Shown piece after piece: positions 45,682 through 56,411 of a DNA stretch of 64,000 nt. A program made the translations under genes and the position numbers. The notes beneath the pieces were generated by a model. That model did not search any database and was not told where the DNA came from. It was given only the letters and a program-made list of their open reading frames with translations. Position 1 is the stretch's first letter. Each line of letters opens with the position of its first letter. The stretch is from assembly GCA_009691855.1 (NCBI GenBank), contig SIAI01000007.1, forward strand, positions 33,935 through 97,934, read 5' to 3'. This DNA comes from Planctomycetota bacterium. Lineage in GTDB: Bacteria; Planctomycetota; UBA1135; GCA-002686595.

Positions 45682-46073
45682 GATTCGACCTGCGGACGCC
45701 GTTCCCTCGTCAAGGCGCCAAGGCGCTGACGTGCTTTCTGCACATCCCGCGACGCCGTCCTTCGCGTGCGCTTCTCGAAGGCGTGCAGGACGCAGAGTCC
45801 CTCGGCAGAGCGCGTGACGTAGATCACGCGCTGCTCCTGGCGAGTGTGGATACGGATCTCGCGCACGCATGGACCGATGCTCGGCATGGGCTTCCAGTCG
45901 TCGGGGTCCAGGCCCTGCTGGAGTCGCCAGAGCTGGTACCCGGCCATCTTCCGGGCGCCCGGCGGGAAGCGCCGGAGAGCGGCGAGCGCCGAACCCGGCC
46001 ATCGGATCGGCCGTTCTTCATCGCCCGGACTATACTGAATCTTGTATGGACTGAATCTTGTCTGGATGGTCAA
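45678..46073 (-). CDS. RelE/HigB-superfamily toxin (Gp49/DUF891-like); 5' end ambiguous, possibly frameshifted
   Basis: IRWPGSALAALRRFPPGARKMAGYQLWRLQQGLDPDDWKPMPSIGPCVREIRIH...VIYVTR..GLCVLHAFEKRTRRT matches the Gp49-like toxin pattern. The only in-frame canonical start upstream is TTG 46073. The natural-looking ATG (46021) is 1 nt out of frame. Confidence 0.65.
   Translation of the reverse strand: MTIQTRFSPYKIQYSPGDEERPIRWPGSALAALRRFPPGARKMAGYQLWRLQQGLDPDDWKPMPSIGPCVREIRIHTRQEQRVIYVTRSAEGLCVLHAFEKRTRRTASRDVQKARQRLGALTRERRPQVES
46034..46061. repeat. two 12-bp direct repeats ACTGAATCTTGT (16-bp period) at the TA promoter, candidate operator
   Basis: Exact copies at 46034-46045 and 46050-46061, in the only AT-rich patch of the region. 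On the minus strand a TATAGT -10-like hexamer (46034-46029) abuts them. Confidence 0.45.
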
Positions 46074-46226
46074 GCGGCCCTCCCGGCCTCGGTGCGAGGC
46101 CCGTGGGGCGATGACTCCCCTGCGGCGTACGGGTTTCACGTGCTTGCTCGTCGCCGAGCTCGCTCCCCGCGGTGGTCGCGGGCGGGTTGAGGTCATCCAC
46201 TCGCGGCCGGCATCTATGCTCCTGAC

Positions 46227-49200
46227 GTGGGCACGAGCGATCCCCTCATCGATTCGGCGTTGCAGGAGGCTGGCTGGCTGCGGCGGCTGGCGCGCTCGTT
46301 GGTGAAGGACGCGGGGCGCGCCGAGGATGCGTTGCAGGAGACGTGGGTCGCCGCGCTCGAGCACGCGGAGGAGCCGCGTTCGTCGCCGCGTGGGTGGCTG
46401 AGCATCACGCTGCGCAACAAGCTGCGTCAGGAGGCGCGGGCGCGCGGTCGCCGCGCGGCGCACGAGCAGCGCGTCGAGCTCGCCCGCTCCGAGCCCTCGG
46501 CGCACGACGTGAGCGAGCGTCTGGAGGTGCAGGCGCTCTTGCTCGAGGCCGTGCGCGGGCTGGAGGAGCCGTATCGAGCCACGATCGTGGCGCGCTTCTT
46601 CGACGGGCTCCCGCCGCGCGCGATCGCGCGCCGCGACGGCGTGCCGGTGCGCACGGTGAACACGCGCCTCGAGCGCGGGCTCGCGCAGCTGCGCGCGCGG
46701 CTCGACGGGAGGTTCGGCGGCGAGCGTTCGGCGTGGCTGGCGGCGCTGTTGCCGTTCGCGGGGTCGGAGTGGAGCGGGCCCTGGAGGCTCGGGGAGGGTC
46801 TGGCCGTGGGAGCGACGCTGAAGGTGACGTTGGTCGTCGTCGTGGTCGCGGGGGCGATCTGGTTTGGAAGGGCGCTGTTCGTGACGGGAGACGAGTCGAG
46901 CAAGTCGGCGGCCGCCGCGGGGGCGACCTCGAGCCCCGATGAGCGCGCGACCGCGCGAGTCGCGGGCTCGCTCGACGATGCGGGCGCGGAGATCTCCAGC
47001 GTCTCGGTGGACGCCGGTCGCGCAGCGATCGTGACGCCGGACGCGTCCACGACGTGCCGCATCCGCGTCGTGAGCGCGAACTCGCACGCTCCCGTGCCCG
47101 GCGCACGAGTGTGGCTGCAGCGCGAGGACGTGGACTACGACTCGCCGGCCTGGAAGCTCGCCATGCGCCGCTTCAACGACGTCGAGCCGGTGTTGCAGAG
47201 TGGCCTCGGCATCGAGCTCGTCCTCGACGAGCGCGGCGAGGTCCTCGTGCCGCGGCCGGCGCGCGAGCTCACGCTCGCGGCGGTGCTCGGTGAGCTGCAC
47301 GGCGAAGGGGACCTCGCGCCCCAGGCCGCGGAGTGCGTCATCGAGGTGAAGCCGTATCGCTCGCTCGCCGTCGAGGTCGTCGATCGCTCCGGCCGACCCG
47401 TGCCGGGCGCGTACGTGGCGCTTTACTCGGGCGAATTCGATCCGTTCGCTTCTTTCTGGACGTGGCCGACGGACGCGGATGGACGAGCCTGGATCCCGAA
47501 GCTCGAGGAGCAGGTCGGGGAGCGGGAGCGCATCGTTCTCGCCCTGACCGGCGGGGTCCCGAGCGAGCCCGAGCTCGTGCGGTTCACGCTGGAGTCCGCG
47601 CCCCGTGAGCCCGTGCGCTTCGTCGTGGGCGACTTCGGTCGTATCGTCGTCCAGCTCTCCGACGCGCGCGGCGAAGCGCTGTCCGCGAACGGCACGGCGA
47701 ACATCGGCGTCGTTTGGGAGCGGCTGCTCGAACCCTCCGGCTCGCAGCGGAAAAACACCGAAGTCTTCGTGCCGGTCTTCGATGGCCGCGCCGCGGCCGT
47801 GTGCGTCGGTCTCGACCTTCCGCTCGCGATCATGGGTGCGGCCGACGGCTACGACAGCGTTTGGCGCGAGGTGCCGGGGCCCACGGAGCCGGGTCAGGAG
47901 CTACGAGTCCTGGTTCCAGTCCAGAGTCGCAAGCCGGTCGCTCGTGGACGCGTGCACGGGATCCCGGCGCTGCTCGGCGCTGCACCAGAAGGAGAAGTCA
48001 CGCTTTGCGGCACAGTCCACGGGCTCGGCTCCTTCTACGCGCGCGTCCGTGAGGGCACATCCTTCGAAGCCTGGCTCCCCACTTCTTACGAGCGCGCGAA
48101 CCTCGCCGTGCCCTGGTTCATCACGCTCTCGTGCGTCGACCGCCCGGCGGTTCACACGCGGGCCGTACCGACGCTCATCGAGGGCGGCATCGACTTCGGC
48201 GACGTCGTGTTCGCTCCCGTACAAGAGCTCGCGCGCGTGCGCGTGGTCGATGAAACGGGCGCAACCGCCGCTTCGGCCGGGGTCGAGACGCGCTCGACCC
48301 TTGGCGTGAGTACGTGGCAAGCCGATGCTTCGGGCGCGTGCATCCTCGTGGGCTCGCTCGCCGAGCTTCCGATCGAGGCACGGGCGTACCGGAACGGGTT
48401 CCTGAAGAGCGCCTGGACGACCCTCGCCACGCCGGGTGCAGAGTCGACGCTCGTCCTGCGCGGCAGCGCGACACTCGAGACGAGCCTGCTCCTGCCGGAG
48501 CGCGTGCGCCTCGAGGAGCTCGAGATCGAGCTCTCCAGCGAGGCCGGCCCTGACGATCCAAAACCCATGCGCGAAGAAGGCCTCGAAGGCGGGCAAGTGC
48601 GCATCCTGAATTGCGAGCCCGGCCACGCGACGCTGTCCGTGACCGACTGGGAGCACAAGCTCCTCTTCGAGCGCACCGGCATCGAGCTCGTCGCCGGCCA
48701 GACGACAGTCCTTGACCCAATCGACCTGCGCGACCTCCTGCACTCCTTCACGCTGAGCTTCGAACATGCGAGCGGCGAGCCCTGGCGTCGCGGGCACGTC
48801 GAGCTACGCCAGCCCGACGGCTCGCTCACGACCTCGACCAACATCGACTCCTCCGGCCGCGCGACGTTCCTCACGCTCCAGACGAGCGTCGATCTGTGGG
48901 CCGTCGGCCGCGGCACGCGTGCACGGCTCTTCGAAGGTGTCCACGACGGCGACCGCTTCGTCCTTCCGGCCTCACCCGCGATCGTGCTCCAGCTCGCCAG
49001 GATCATTCCCCTTCCCGCGCCGCCGCTCGAGCTGATGCTCCGCGCGGATCGCGTTCGTCCCGCCGAGGTGGAGTTCGAGACCTACGACGACGTGGACATC
49101 GAGGATCCCGTCGTCCACGACGACGGCAGCGTGCGCCTCGAGCAGTCCTGGCCCGGCGACTACGCGCTCACCTGGTTCGTGCGCCACACGGGCACGGGCG

Positions 49201-49328
49201 TCGACTTCCCGGTGACGCAGGCGGAACGCCAGACGGTCTCCATCCCGGACACCGCCGTCGCTCCGCTCGTCGAGGCGCGCCTCAAGGCCGAAGAGCTCGC
49301 CCGCGCCGTGCTCGACGCCGGCGGGTGA
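46227..49328 (+). CDS. ECF sigma factor fused via one TM helix to an ~800-aa extracytoplasmic region
   Basis: Sigma region 2 (RAEDALQETWVAAL, WLSITLRNKLRQEARARGRR) and region 4 (YRATIVARFFDGLPPRAIARRDGVPVRTVNTRLERGLAQLR). Then TM LKVTLVVVVVAGAIWFG. Then repeated carboxypeptidase-regulatory-like strands (CRIRVVSANSHAPVPGARVWL, LAVEVVDRSGRPVPGAYVAL, ARVRVVDETGATAASAGV). One uninterrupted frame. Confidence 0.8.
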   Translation: MGTSDPLIDSALQEAGWLRRLARSLVKDAGRAEDALQETWVAALEHAEEPRSSPRGWLSITLRNKLRQEARARGRRAAHEQRVELARSEPSAHDVSERLEVQALLLEAVRGLEEPYRATIVARFFDGLPPRAIARRDGVPVRTVNTRLERGLAQLRARLDGRFGGERSAWLAALLPFAGSEWSGPWRLGEGLAVGATLKVTLVVVVVAGAIWFGRALFVTGDESSKSAAAAGATSSPDERATARVAGSLDDAGAEISSVSVDAGRAAIVTPDASTTCRIRVVSANSHAPVPGARVWLQREDVDYDSPAWKLAMRRFNDVEPVLQSGLGIELVLDERGEVLVPRPARELTLAAVLGELHGEGDLAPQAAECVIEVKPYRSLAVEVVDRSGRPVPGAYVALYSGEFDPFASFWTWPTDADGRAWIPKLEEQVGERERIVLALTGGVPSEPELVRFTLESAPREPVRFVVGDFGRIVVQLSDARGEALSANGTANIGVVWERLLEPSGSQRKNTEVFVPVFDGRAAAVCVGLDLPLAIMGAADGYDSVWREVPGPTEPGQELRVLVPVQSRKPVARGRVHGIPALLGAAPEGEVTLCGTVHGLGSFYARVREGTSFEAWLPTSYERANLAVPWFITLSCVDRPAVHTRAVPTLIEGGIDFGDVVFAPVQELARVRVVDETGATAASAGVETRSTLGVSTWQADASGACILVGSLAELPIEARAYRNGFLKSAWTTLATPGAESTLVLRGSATLETSLLLPERVRLEELEIELSSEAGPDDPKPMREEGLEGGQVRILNCEPGHATLSVTDWEHKLLFERTGIELVAGQTTVLDPIDLRDLLHSFTLSFEHASGEPWRRGHVELRQPDGSLTTSTNIDSSGRATFLTLQTSVDLWAVGRGTRARLFEGVHDGDRFVLPASPAIVLQLARIIPLPAPPLELMLRADRVRPAEVEFETYDDVDIEDPVVHDDGSVRLEQSWPGDYALTWFVRHTGTGVDFPVTQAERQTVSIPDTAVAPLVEARLKAEELARAVLDAGG

Positions 49329-49423
49329 TGAGCGGCGAGCTCAAGGTGTGAGAATCAGTCCGACCTGCGCCGCTGGCGCGCGCCTCTGGGCGCGAGAGGA
49401 ATCGCGCCCCGTAGGTTCGAGAG

Positions 49424-49466
49424 TGAGCAAGGATCCCGCGCCGTTCCGGCGCGGGATCCTTGCTCA
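49424..49466. terminator. 20-bp perfect hairpin between convergent genes
   Basis: TGAGCAAGGATCCCGCGCCG-TTC-CGGCGCGGGATCCTTGCTCA, checked base by base. It lies between the sigma-fusion stop (49328) and the S9 peptidase stop (49472). Confidence 0.7.
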
Positions 49467-49471
49467 AGCCC

Positions 49472-51415
49472 TCACTCCGTCCGCTTCCCGCGCAGGTGCT
49501 CGTCCAGGAAGTCGAGATAGGCTTCCGAGGCGCGGATGCGGTTCTCCTTGTTGCGGAAGCCGTGGCCCTCGTCGGGGAAGAGCACGTACTCGACCGGCAC
49601 GCCGTTGGCGCGCACGGCGGCGACGAGCTCGTCGCTCTCGGCTTGCAGCACGCGCGGGTCGTTCTTGCCCTGCACGACGAGCAATGGCTTGGTGATCGAT
49701 TTGGCGTGCAGGAGCGGTGAGCGCGCTTCGAGGCTGGTGCGATCGACGGCGGGGTCGCCCATCTCGGCGAACAGGCCGTCGCGGAAGCTCGCCCACCAGG
49801 CGGGGATGCTCTCCAGCGTGCGGATCCAGTTGGTGACGCCGAAGATGTCGATGCCGACGTCGAACTCGTCGGGCGCGAAGGCGAGCGCGGCGCAGACCAT
49901 GTACCCGCCGTAGCTGCCGCCGACGATGCCGACGCGCTGGCCATCGACCCAGTCGAGCGACTCGAGGTAGCGCCGGCCGAAGATGCAGTCCTTCAGATCG
50001 ACGTCGCCGTGGCGGCGGTCGTCCTGGTGGAAGAAGGTCTTGCCGTAGCCCGAGCTGCCGCGGTTGTTCACCGCCAGCACCGCGTAGCCGTGATTCACGA
50101 GGTGCTGGATCGCGGCGTTGTAGCCGCGCCGGTTCTGGCCGCCCGGACCGCCGTGGACCCACACCAACGCCGGCGCGCGCTGTGTGCTCGAGGCGTTGCG
50201 CGGCTTGTAGAGCAGCGCGGGGATCCCGAGCTCGTCGAAGCTCGGGTAGCGCACGACCTCGGACTCGACCAGGTCGCTCTCCTGGATCGCCGGCGGCAGC
50301 GCGTCGGTCAGGCGCTGGCTGAGGCCCGTGTCGAGGTCCACCATGAAGAGGTTGGCCGGCGCGGCGTCGCTGTTCACGAAGCAGGCCAGGCGATGGCCGC
50401 CAGCCTCGAAGGCCAGGCCGGTGATGTCGCCGGCGGGCAGCTTCGAGAGCAGCGCCTCGCGCCCCGTCGCCGCCTCGAGCACGCGCACGATCGTGCGCGC
50501 GTCGGCGTTCACGGCGGTGGCGATCCAGCGCCCGTCGTCGGAGAAGGAGTAATCGACCACGTCCCAGTCGGCGGCGAAGACCAGCTTGCGCTTCTGCGTG
50601 GCGAGCTCGTAGGACCAAACCGTGTCGAACTCGCTGCCCTCGTTGGTCGTGTAGTAGAGCGTCGAGCCGTCCGGGGCGAAGTCGGCGAAGCCGTGCAGCA
50701 CCGCGCCCTGGTGGGGCGTCACGGGGAGGCGCTCGCCCGGCGTCTTCGGCGACACCAGGTAGAGGTCGCTGTCGGCGTTGTTGTTCTCCTTGCGCAGCGC
50801 GACCCACTTGCCGTCCTTGCTCACCCCCGAGATGTCGAAGCCGCCCGGGTTCTGCAGCAGGAGCTCGCGCTGGTAGCCAGGCGCGACTTCTTCGGTCGCT
50901 GCGGCCTCGATCGGGCGCGGGCCGAAGTGGTAGCGGTAGAGGTCGAAGAACTGCGGGTCGCGCTCGTTCGTCTGCACGAAGAAGGAGCGCTTGTCGGCCG
51001 CCCAACCCGCGAACTGCGCCTTCAGGTTCGCGCCCGGCGTGAGGTCGGCGACGGTGCCGTCCGGGTCGTGCACGTAGAGGTGGTTGAGCTCGTTCCCGCC
51101 TTGGTCGGCGGTGTACAGGAAGCGCCGGTCTTCGGGGAAGAAGCCCACCGAGTAGGTCGCGTCGGTGGTGGAGTGCGTGAGCTGCTCCAGCGCACCGCCC
51201 TCGATCGCCAGCGTGTAGGCGTTGAAGATCCCGCTCTTGTCGCTGGTCACGAGCAGCGCCTTCCCGTCCGGCGAGAACGACGCGCCGGCGTAGGAGGTCG
51301 TGGCGTAGAGCGTCTCGGCGTCGTAGATGCCGCGCCCACCGGCGCCGGAGAGGGCGCTGCAGGCGGCGAGGAACGGCAGGGCGAGGAACGCGAGGAAGGA
51401 GCGGCGTGAAAGCAT
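49472..51415 (-). CDS. secreted S9-family serine peptidase (prolyl oligopeptidase/DPP-like)
   Basis: Signal MLSRRSFLAFLALPFLAAC. N-terminal propeller (FSPDGK, APDGS). Catalytic GGSYGGYM. C-terminal ...FPDEGHGF. Confidence 0.9.
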   Translation of the reverse strand: MLSRRSFLAFLALPFLAACSALSGAGGRGIYDAETLYATTSYAGASFSPDGKALLVTSDKSGIFNAYTLAIEGGALEQLTHSTTDATYSVGFFPEDRRFLYTADQGGNELNHLYVHDPDGTVADLTPGANLKAQFAGWAADKRSFFVQTNERDPQFFDLYRYHFGPRPIEAAATEEVAPGYQRELLLQNPGGFDISGVSKDGKWVALRKENNNADSDLYLVSPKTPGERLPVTPHQGAVLHGFADFAPDGSTLYYTTNEGSEFDTVWSYELATQKRKLVFAADWDVVDYSFSDDGRWIATAVNADARTIVRVLEAATGREALLSKLPAGDITGLAFEAGGHRLACFVNSDAAPANLFMVDLDTGLSQRLTDALPPAIQESDLVESEVVRYPSFDELGIPALLYKPRNASSTQRAPALVWVHGGPGGQNRRGYNAAIQHLVNHGYAVLAVNNRGSSGYGKTFFHQDDRRHGDVDLKDCIFGRRYLESLDWVDGQRVGIVGGSYGGYMVCAALAFAPDEFDVGIDIFGVTNWIRTLESIPAWWASFRDGLFAEMGDPAVDRTSLEARSPLLHAKSITKPLLVVQGKNDPRVLQAESDELVAAVRANGVPVEYVLFPDEGHGFRNKENRIRASEAYLDFLDEHLRGKRTE

Positions 51416-51664
51416 GGATGGAGCCTCCGGGGGCGCTCAGTGTCGTCGCTGCGCGGGGCTTGTGCCAGCCTCGAGCAGGGCGTGATTTTGCTGGCCCCGG
51501 ACCGCCGGGCGTCTTCGCGCACATGCGAGTCCGATCGGGTGAGGGACGAGGAAGCGTGTTCGCCTTCCTACCCACTCTGCGTGCGGCTCCTGCCCAGTTC
51601 TCCGGAGGGTTCGAGCCATGCCGAGGGACGACAATCAGCGGAGTTCTCGTCGCGAGGTATCGCC

Positions 51665-53416
51665 ATGCTCGAATCACGCTCGCTCCGCCTGCTGCGTCCC
51701 CTTGCGCTCCTGCTCGCCCTGACGGCATTGGCGCGAGTGGGCCAGGCACAATGTCAGACCGCGTCCTTCACGGGTGCGGCCGGGCCGGTCGGAGGCTTGG
51801 TCGCCTTCGACGGCGACACGCTGGCCTTCTCTACATGGGGGCACATCGAGATCTTCCGGCGCCAGGGGGCCGTGTGGAACTCGGAGCAGGTCATGGATTT
51901 TTCGTCAGCGCGGGCCATCGCGCTGAGCGGTGACACGCTGGTGCTCTCCAACCCCTACGAGGATCAGGCCGGGGAGGCCTGGGTCGGGAAGGCGCAGATC
52001 TACGAGCGCAACGCCGGCGTGTGGAACCTCGTGCAGGAGCTCCTGCCCAGTTCACCCGTGAGCTACTCCTTCTTCGGCACGGGCGTGGCGCTCGAGGGCG
52101 ATACGCTCGCGGTCGCCCAGGACGCCTGGTACAGCGACGTCGGCTACGGCAGCGTGCACGTCTTCGTGCGCGCGGGCGGAGTGTGGACGCGCCAGGCCGA
52201 GTGGCCCTGCCCCCTCGTTTGGAGCGATATCGCGACCTGCATGGCTCTCGATGGAGAGCGCCTGCTCGTCGGGGTACCGGGCTTCCTTACGAATCCCGGC
52301 CAGGCATTCCTGTACGAACGCACCGGCTCGACGTGGAACCAGATCCAGCGCTTCGCCCAGGGCGACGGGACGCAGTGGGACATCTTCGGTTGGTTCCTCG
52401 CCCTCGACGGGGGCACGGTCGTGATCTCTTCGGGGTTGTCCAGCACGTACCCGTACGCCAGCCTCTACGTCTATGAGGAAGCGGCAGGCTCGTGGCCCCT
52501 GGTCGCACACTTGCCGGGCAATCCCTCCAACGACTGGGGCATGCAGCCCTCGCTCCAGGGTGAGCGCCTGCTCGCCGGTGAATGGAAAAACGCCGACGCC
52601 GGGACGAACGCCGGCGCGGTCCGCGTGTACCGACGTCTGGCGGGCGTCTGGACGGCGACGGACAAGCTCTACGGTGCCGACACGCGGGCCGACGACCAGT
52701 TCGGAAGAACGCTGGCGCAGAGCCAGGGGTACCTGGCCGTCGGCTCCTGGGCGCGCGGTCAAGCCTACGTCTTCGCGCTCGACGATCCCGCTTGCCCGGA
52801 CGCCGCCTTCTCCGCCGCGCCGACCAGCGGTCCCGCGCCGCTCCCGGTCGCCTTCACGGACGAGTCGGGCGGCGGCGTCACCGACTGGAGCTGGGACTTC
52901 GGTGACGGCGGCAGCTCGTTCGCGCAGCATCCGGGGCACACCTACGCCGCCGCCGGGCGCTACAGGGTCGAGCTCCTCGCCACCGGACTCGCGGGGACCG
53001 ATCGCGAGATCCAGCCCGGACTGGTGTTCGTCGGACACGCGGCCAGCGCGACGAGCCGGAACGGTTCGGGCGTGAATCCTCCGTGCCTGGTGAGCACGAG
53101 CTTGCCGCAGATCGGCGGCACCTGGACGGCCGAGATCGACACGAGCGCGCACGCCGGAGCGACCGCGACCCTGCTCCTCGGATGGACGCGCCCGAGCCCG
53201 GGCTGGCTCACGCGCTATGGCGAGTTCCTGATCGACCTCCGTTCGCGCAAGCTGTTCTCGAGCCCGGCCGTGCCCGACGCCAGCGGTGTGGCCCACTATT
53301 CCTTCCCGATCCCCAACGACCTCGCGCTGGACGGGTTCACCCTCTCGACGCAGGGCGGAGCCCTCGGCGGCTTGCCGGAGCTGTGCAACGCCGTCGATCT
53401 CGTGACCGGGTTCTGA
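51665..53416 (+). CDS. secreted FG-GAP-like beta-propeller + PKD domain + C-terminal module protein
   Basis: ATG 51665, signal LRPLALLLALTALARVGQAQ. Repeated 'GDTL.V.....G.V.VF.R.GG.W' blades. PKD WSWDFGDGGSSFAQHPGHTYAAAGRY. The C-terminal GSGVNPP...IPNDLALDG module is related to the FG-GAP paralogues. Confidence 0.8.
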   Translation: MLESRSLRLLRPLALLLALTALARVGQAQCQTASFTGAAGPVGGLVAFDGDTLAFSTWGHIEIFRRQGAVWNSEQVMDFSSARAIALSGDTLVLSNPYEDQAGEAWVGKAQIYERNAGVWNLVQELLPSSPVSYSFFGTGVALEGDTLAVAQDAWYSDVGYGSVHVFVRAGGVWTRQAEWPCPLVWSDIATCMALDGERLLVGVPGFLTNPGQAFLYERTGSTWNQIQRFAQGDGTQWDIFGWFLALDGGTVVISSGLSSTYPYASLYVYEEAAGSWPLVAHLPGNPSNDWGMQPSLQGERLLAGEWKNADAGTNAGAVRVYRRLAGVWTATDKLYGADTRADDQFGRTLAQSQGYLAVGSWARGQAYVFALDDPACPDAAFSAAPTSGPAPLPVAFTDESGGGVTDWSWDFGDGGSSFAQHPGHTYAAAGRYRVELLATGLAGTDREIQPGLVFVGHAASATSRNGSGVNPPCLVSTSLPQIGGTWTAEIDTSAHAGATATLLLGWTRPSPGWLTRYGEFLIDLRSRKLFSSPAVPDASGVAHYSFPIPNDLALDGFTLSTQGGALGGLPELCNAVDLVTGF

Positions 53417-53446
53417 CCGGCGCACGGCCGGCGGCGAGCGCTCCAC

Positions 53447-53468
53447 GGGTCACGGCTCGCCGTGGCCC
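53447..53468. terminator. hairpin between convergent genes
   Basis: GGGTCACGG-CTCG-CCGTGGCCC (9 bp including one G.U), 31 nt after the stop at 53416. Confidence 0.4.
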
Positions 53469-53546
53469 GCTGGGATGCATGGGGCGCGAGCTGACGATCG
53501 AAGAGGAAGAAGGTCTCGGTGGAGTTGTGAGCTTGCTTCGCGACTG

Positions 53547-55673
<2,127 letters not shown>

Positions 55674-55810
55674 GCCCGGTGCTGAAGGCTCAGCGGGGGA
55701 ACGTTACCGGATTCCCAAGGCTTTCACGCGCCGATGTGAGCGGGTTCGAGCGCGGCGCGCTCCTCACGTCCGGGCGGCGCTAGGATGGCGGCCCACCGGA
55801 GGGGACAACC

Positions 55811-56407
55811 TTGCTGATTCGAGTCTTGTTACGAGTCTTGTTCGTGGTGCTCGCGCTCACGACCGCGGGGATGCTCTTCAGCGCGCCGCCTGCGGAGTTC
55901 GACGCGGCCGAGAGGCTGCAGCGCGCCTTCGTCCTCGGCGGGTGGGCCGTGGGCAGCGCGGGGCTCGCGGTCCCGTGGGGGCGCTGGCTGAGGCTCGTCT
56001 CGCCCGGGGGGAACCTCGGCTTCGCCTCGAAGTTTCTGGGCTGGGCCGGCGCGTGCGCGGTGCCGGCCGCGCTCGCCTCCGGCCGGGTCGCGGTGGCGCT
56101 CGTCGGCGTGTTCCTCGTCGTCGCCGCGAGCGCGCTGTGGAAGGGCAAGCTCTGGGCCGCCTGGGCCTGGTATCCGATCGCCCTGGCCGCTTTCGTCGGG
56201 AGTATGTGGAGTCTTCTGCGCTTGTTCGGCTTCTTCCAGACGGACACGGCCGCCGAGAGCGCCTTCGCACAGGGACAGAGAGTGGGCGGGGTGCTGGGCG
56301 TCGTGCTTTGGGGTGCCATCGGCCTTGCCCTCTGGCGCGAGATCACGGCATGGCGCCGCGCGCGCAGTGCACCCGACTCCGCACCCGCCGAGCCTTCGGC
56401 TCGCTGA
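55811..56407 (+). CDS. hypothetical polytopic membrane protein
   Basis: TTG start. Five hydrophobic helices, Trp-rich, high GC3. It sits between the kinase and the ECF sigma on the opposite strand. Confidence 0.6.
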   Translation: MLIRVLLRVLFVVLALTTAGMLFSAPPAEFDAAERLQRAFVLGGWAVGSAGLAVPWGRWLRLVSPGGNLGFASKFLGWAGACAVPAALASGRVAVALVGVFLVVAASALWKGKLWAAWAWYPIALAAFVGSMWSLLRLFGFFQTDTAAESAFAQGQRVGGVLGVVLWGAIGLALWREITAWRRARSAPDSAPAEPSAR

Positions 56408-56411
56408 GCGC

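Noticed and set aside
49329-49423. Possible tRNA / tRNA-Sec. GGTTCGA-like T-loop strings occur at ~49415. TCGAACC strings occur at ~26578 and ~58733 in intergenic DNA.
   Set aside because: The flanking bases do not form a T-stem, acceptor stem or anticodon arm in any of the three places. No tRNA-like cloverleaf could be drawn.
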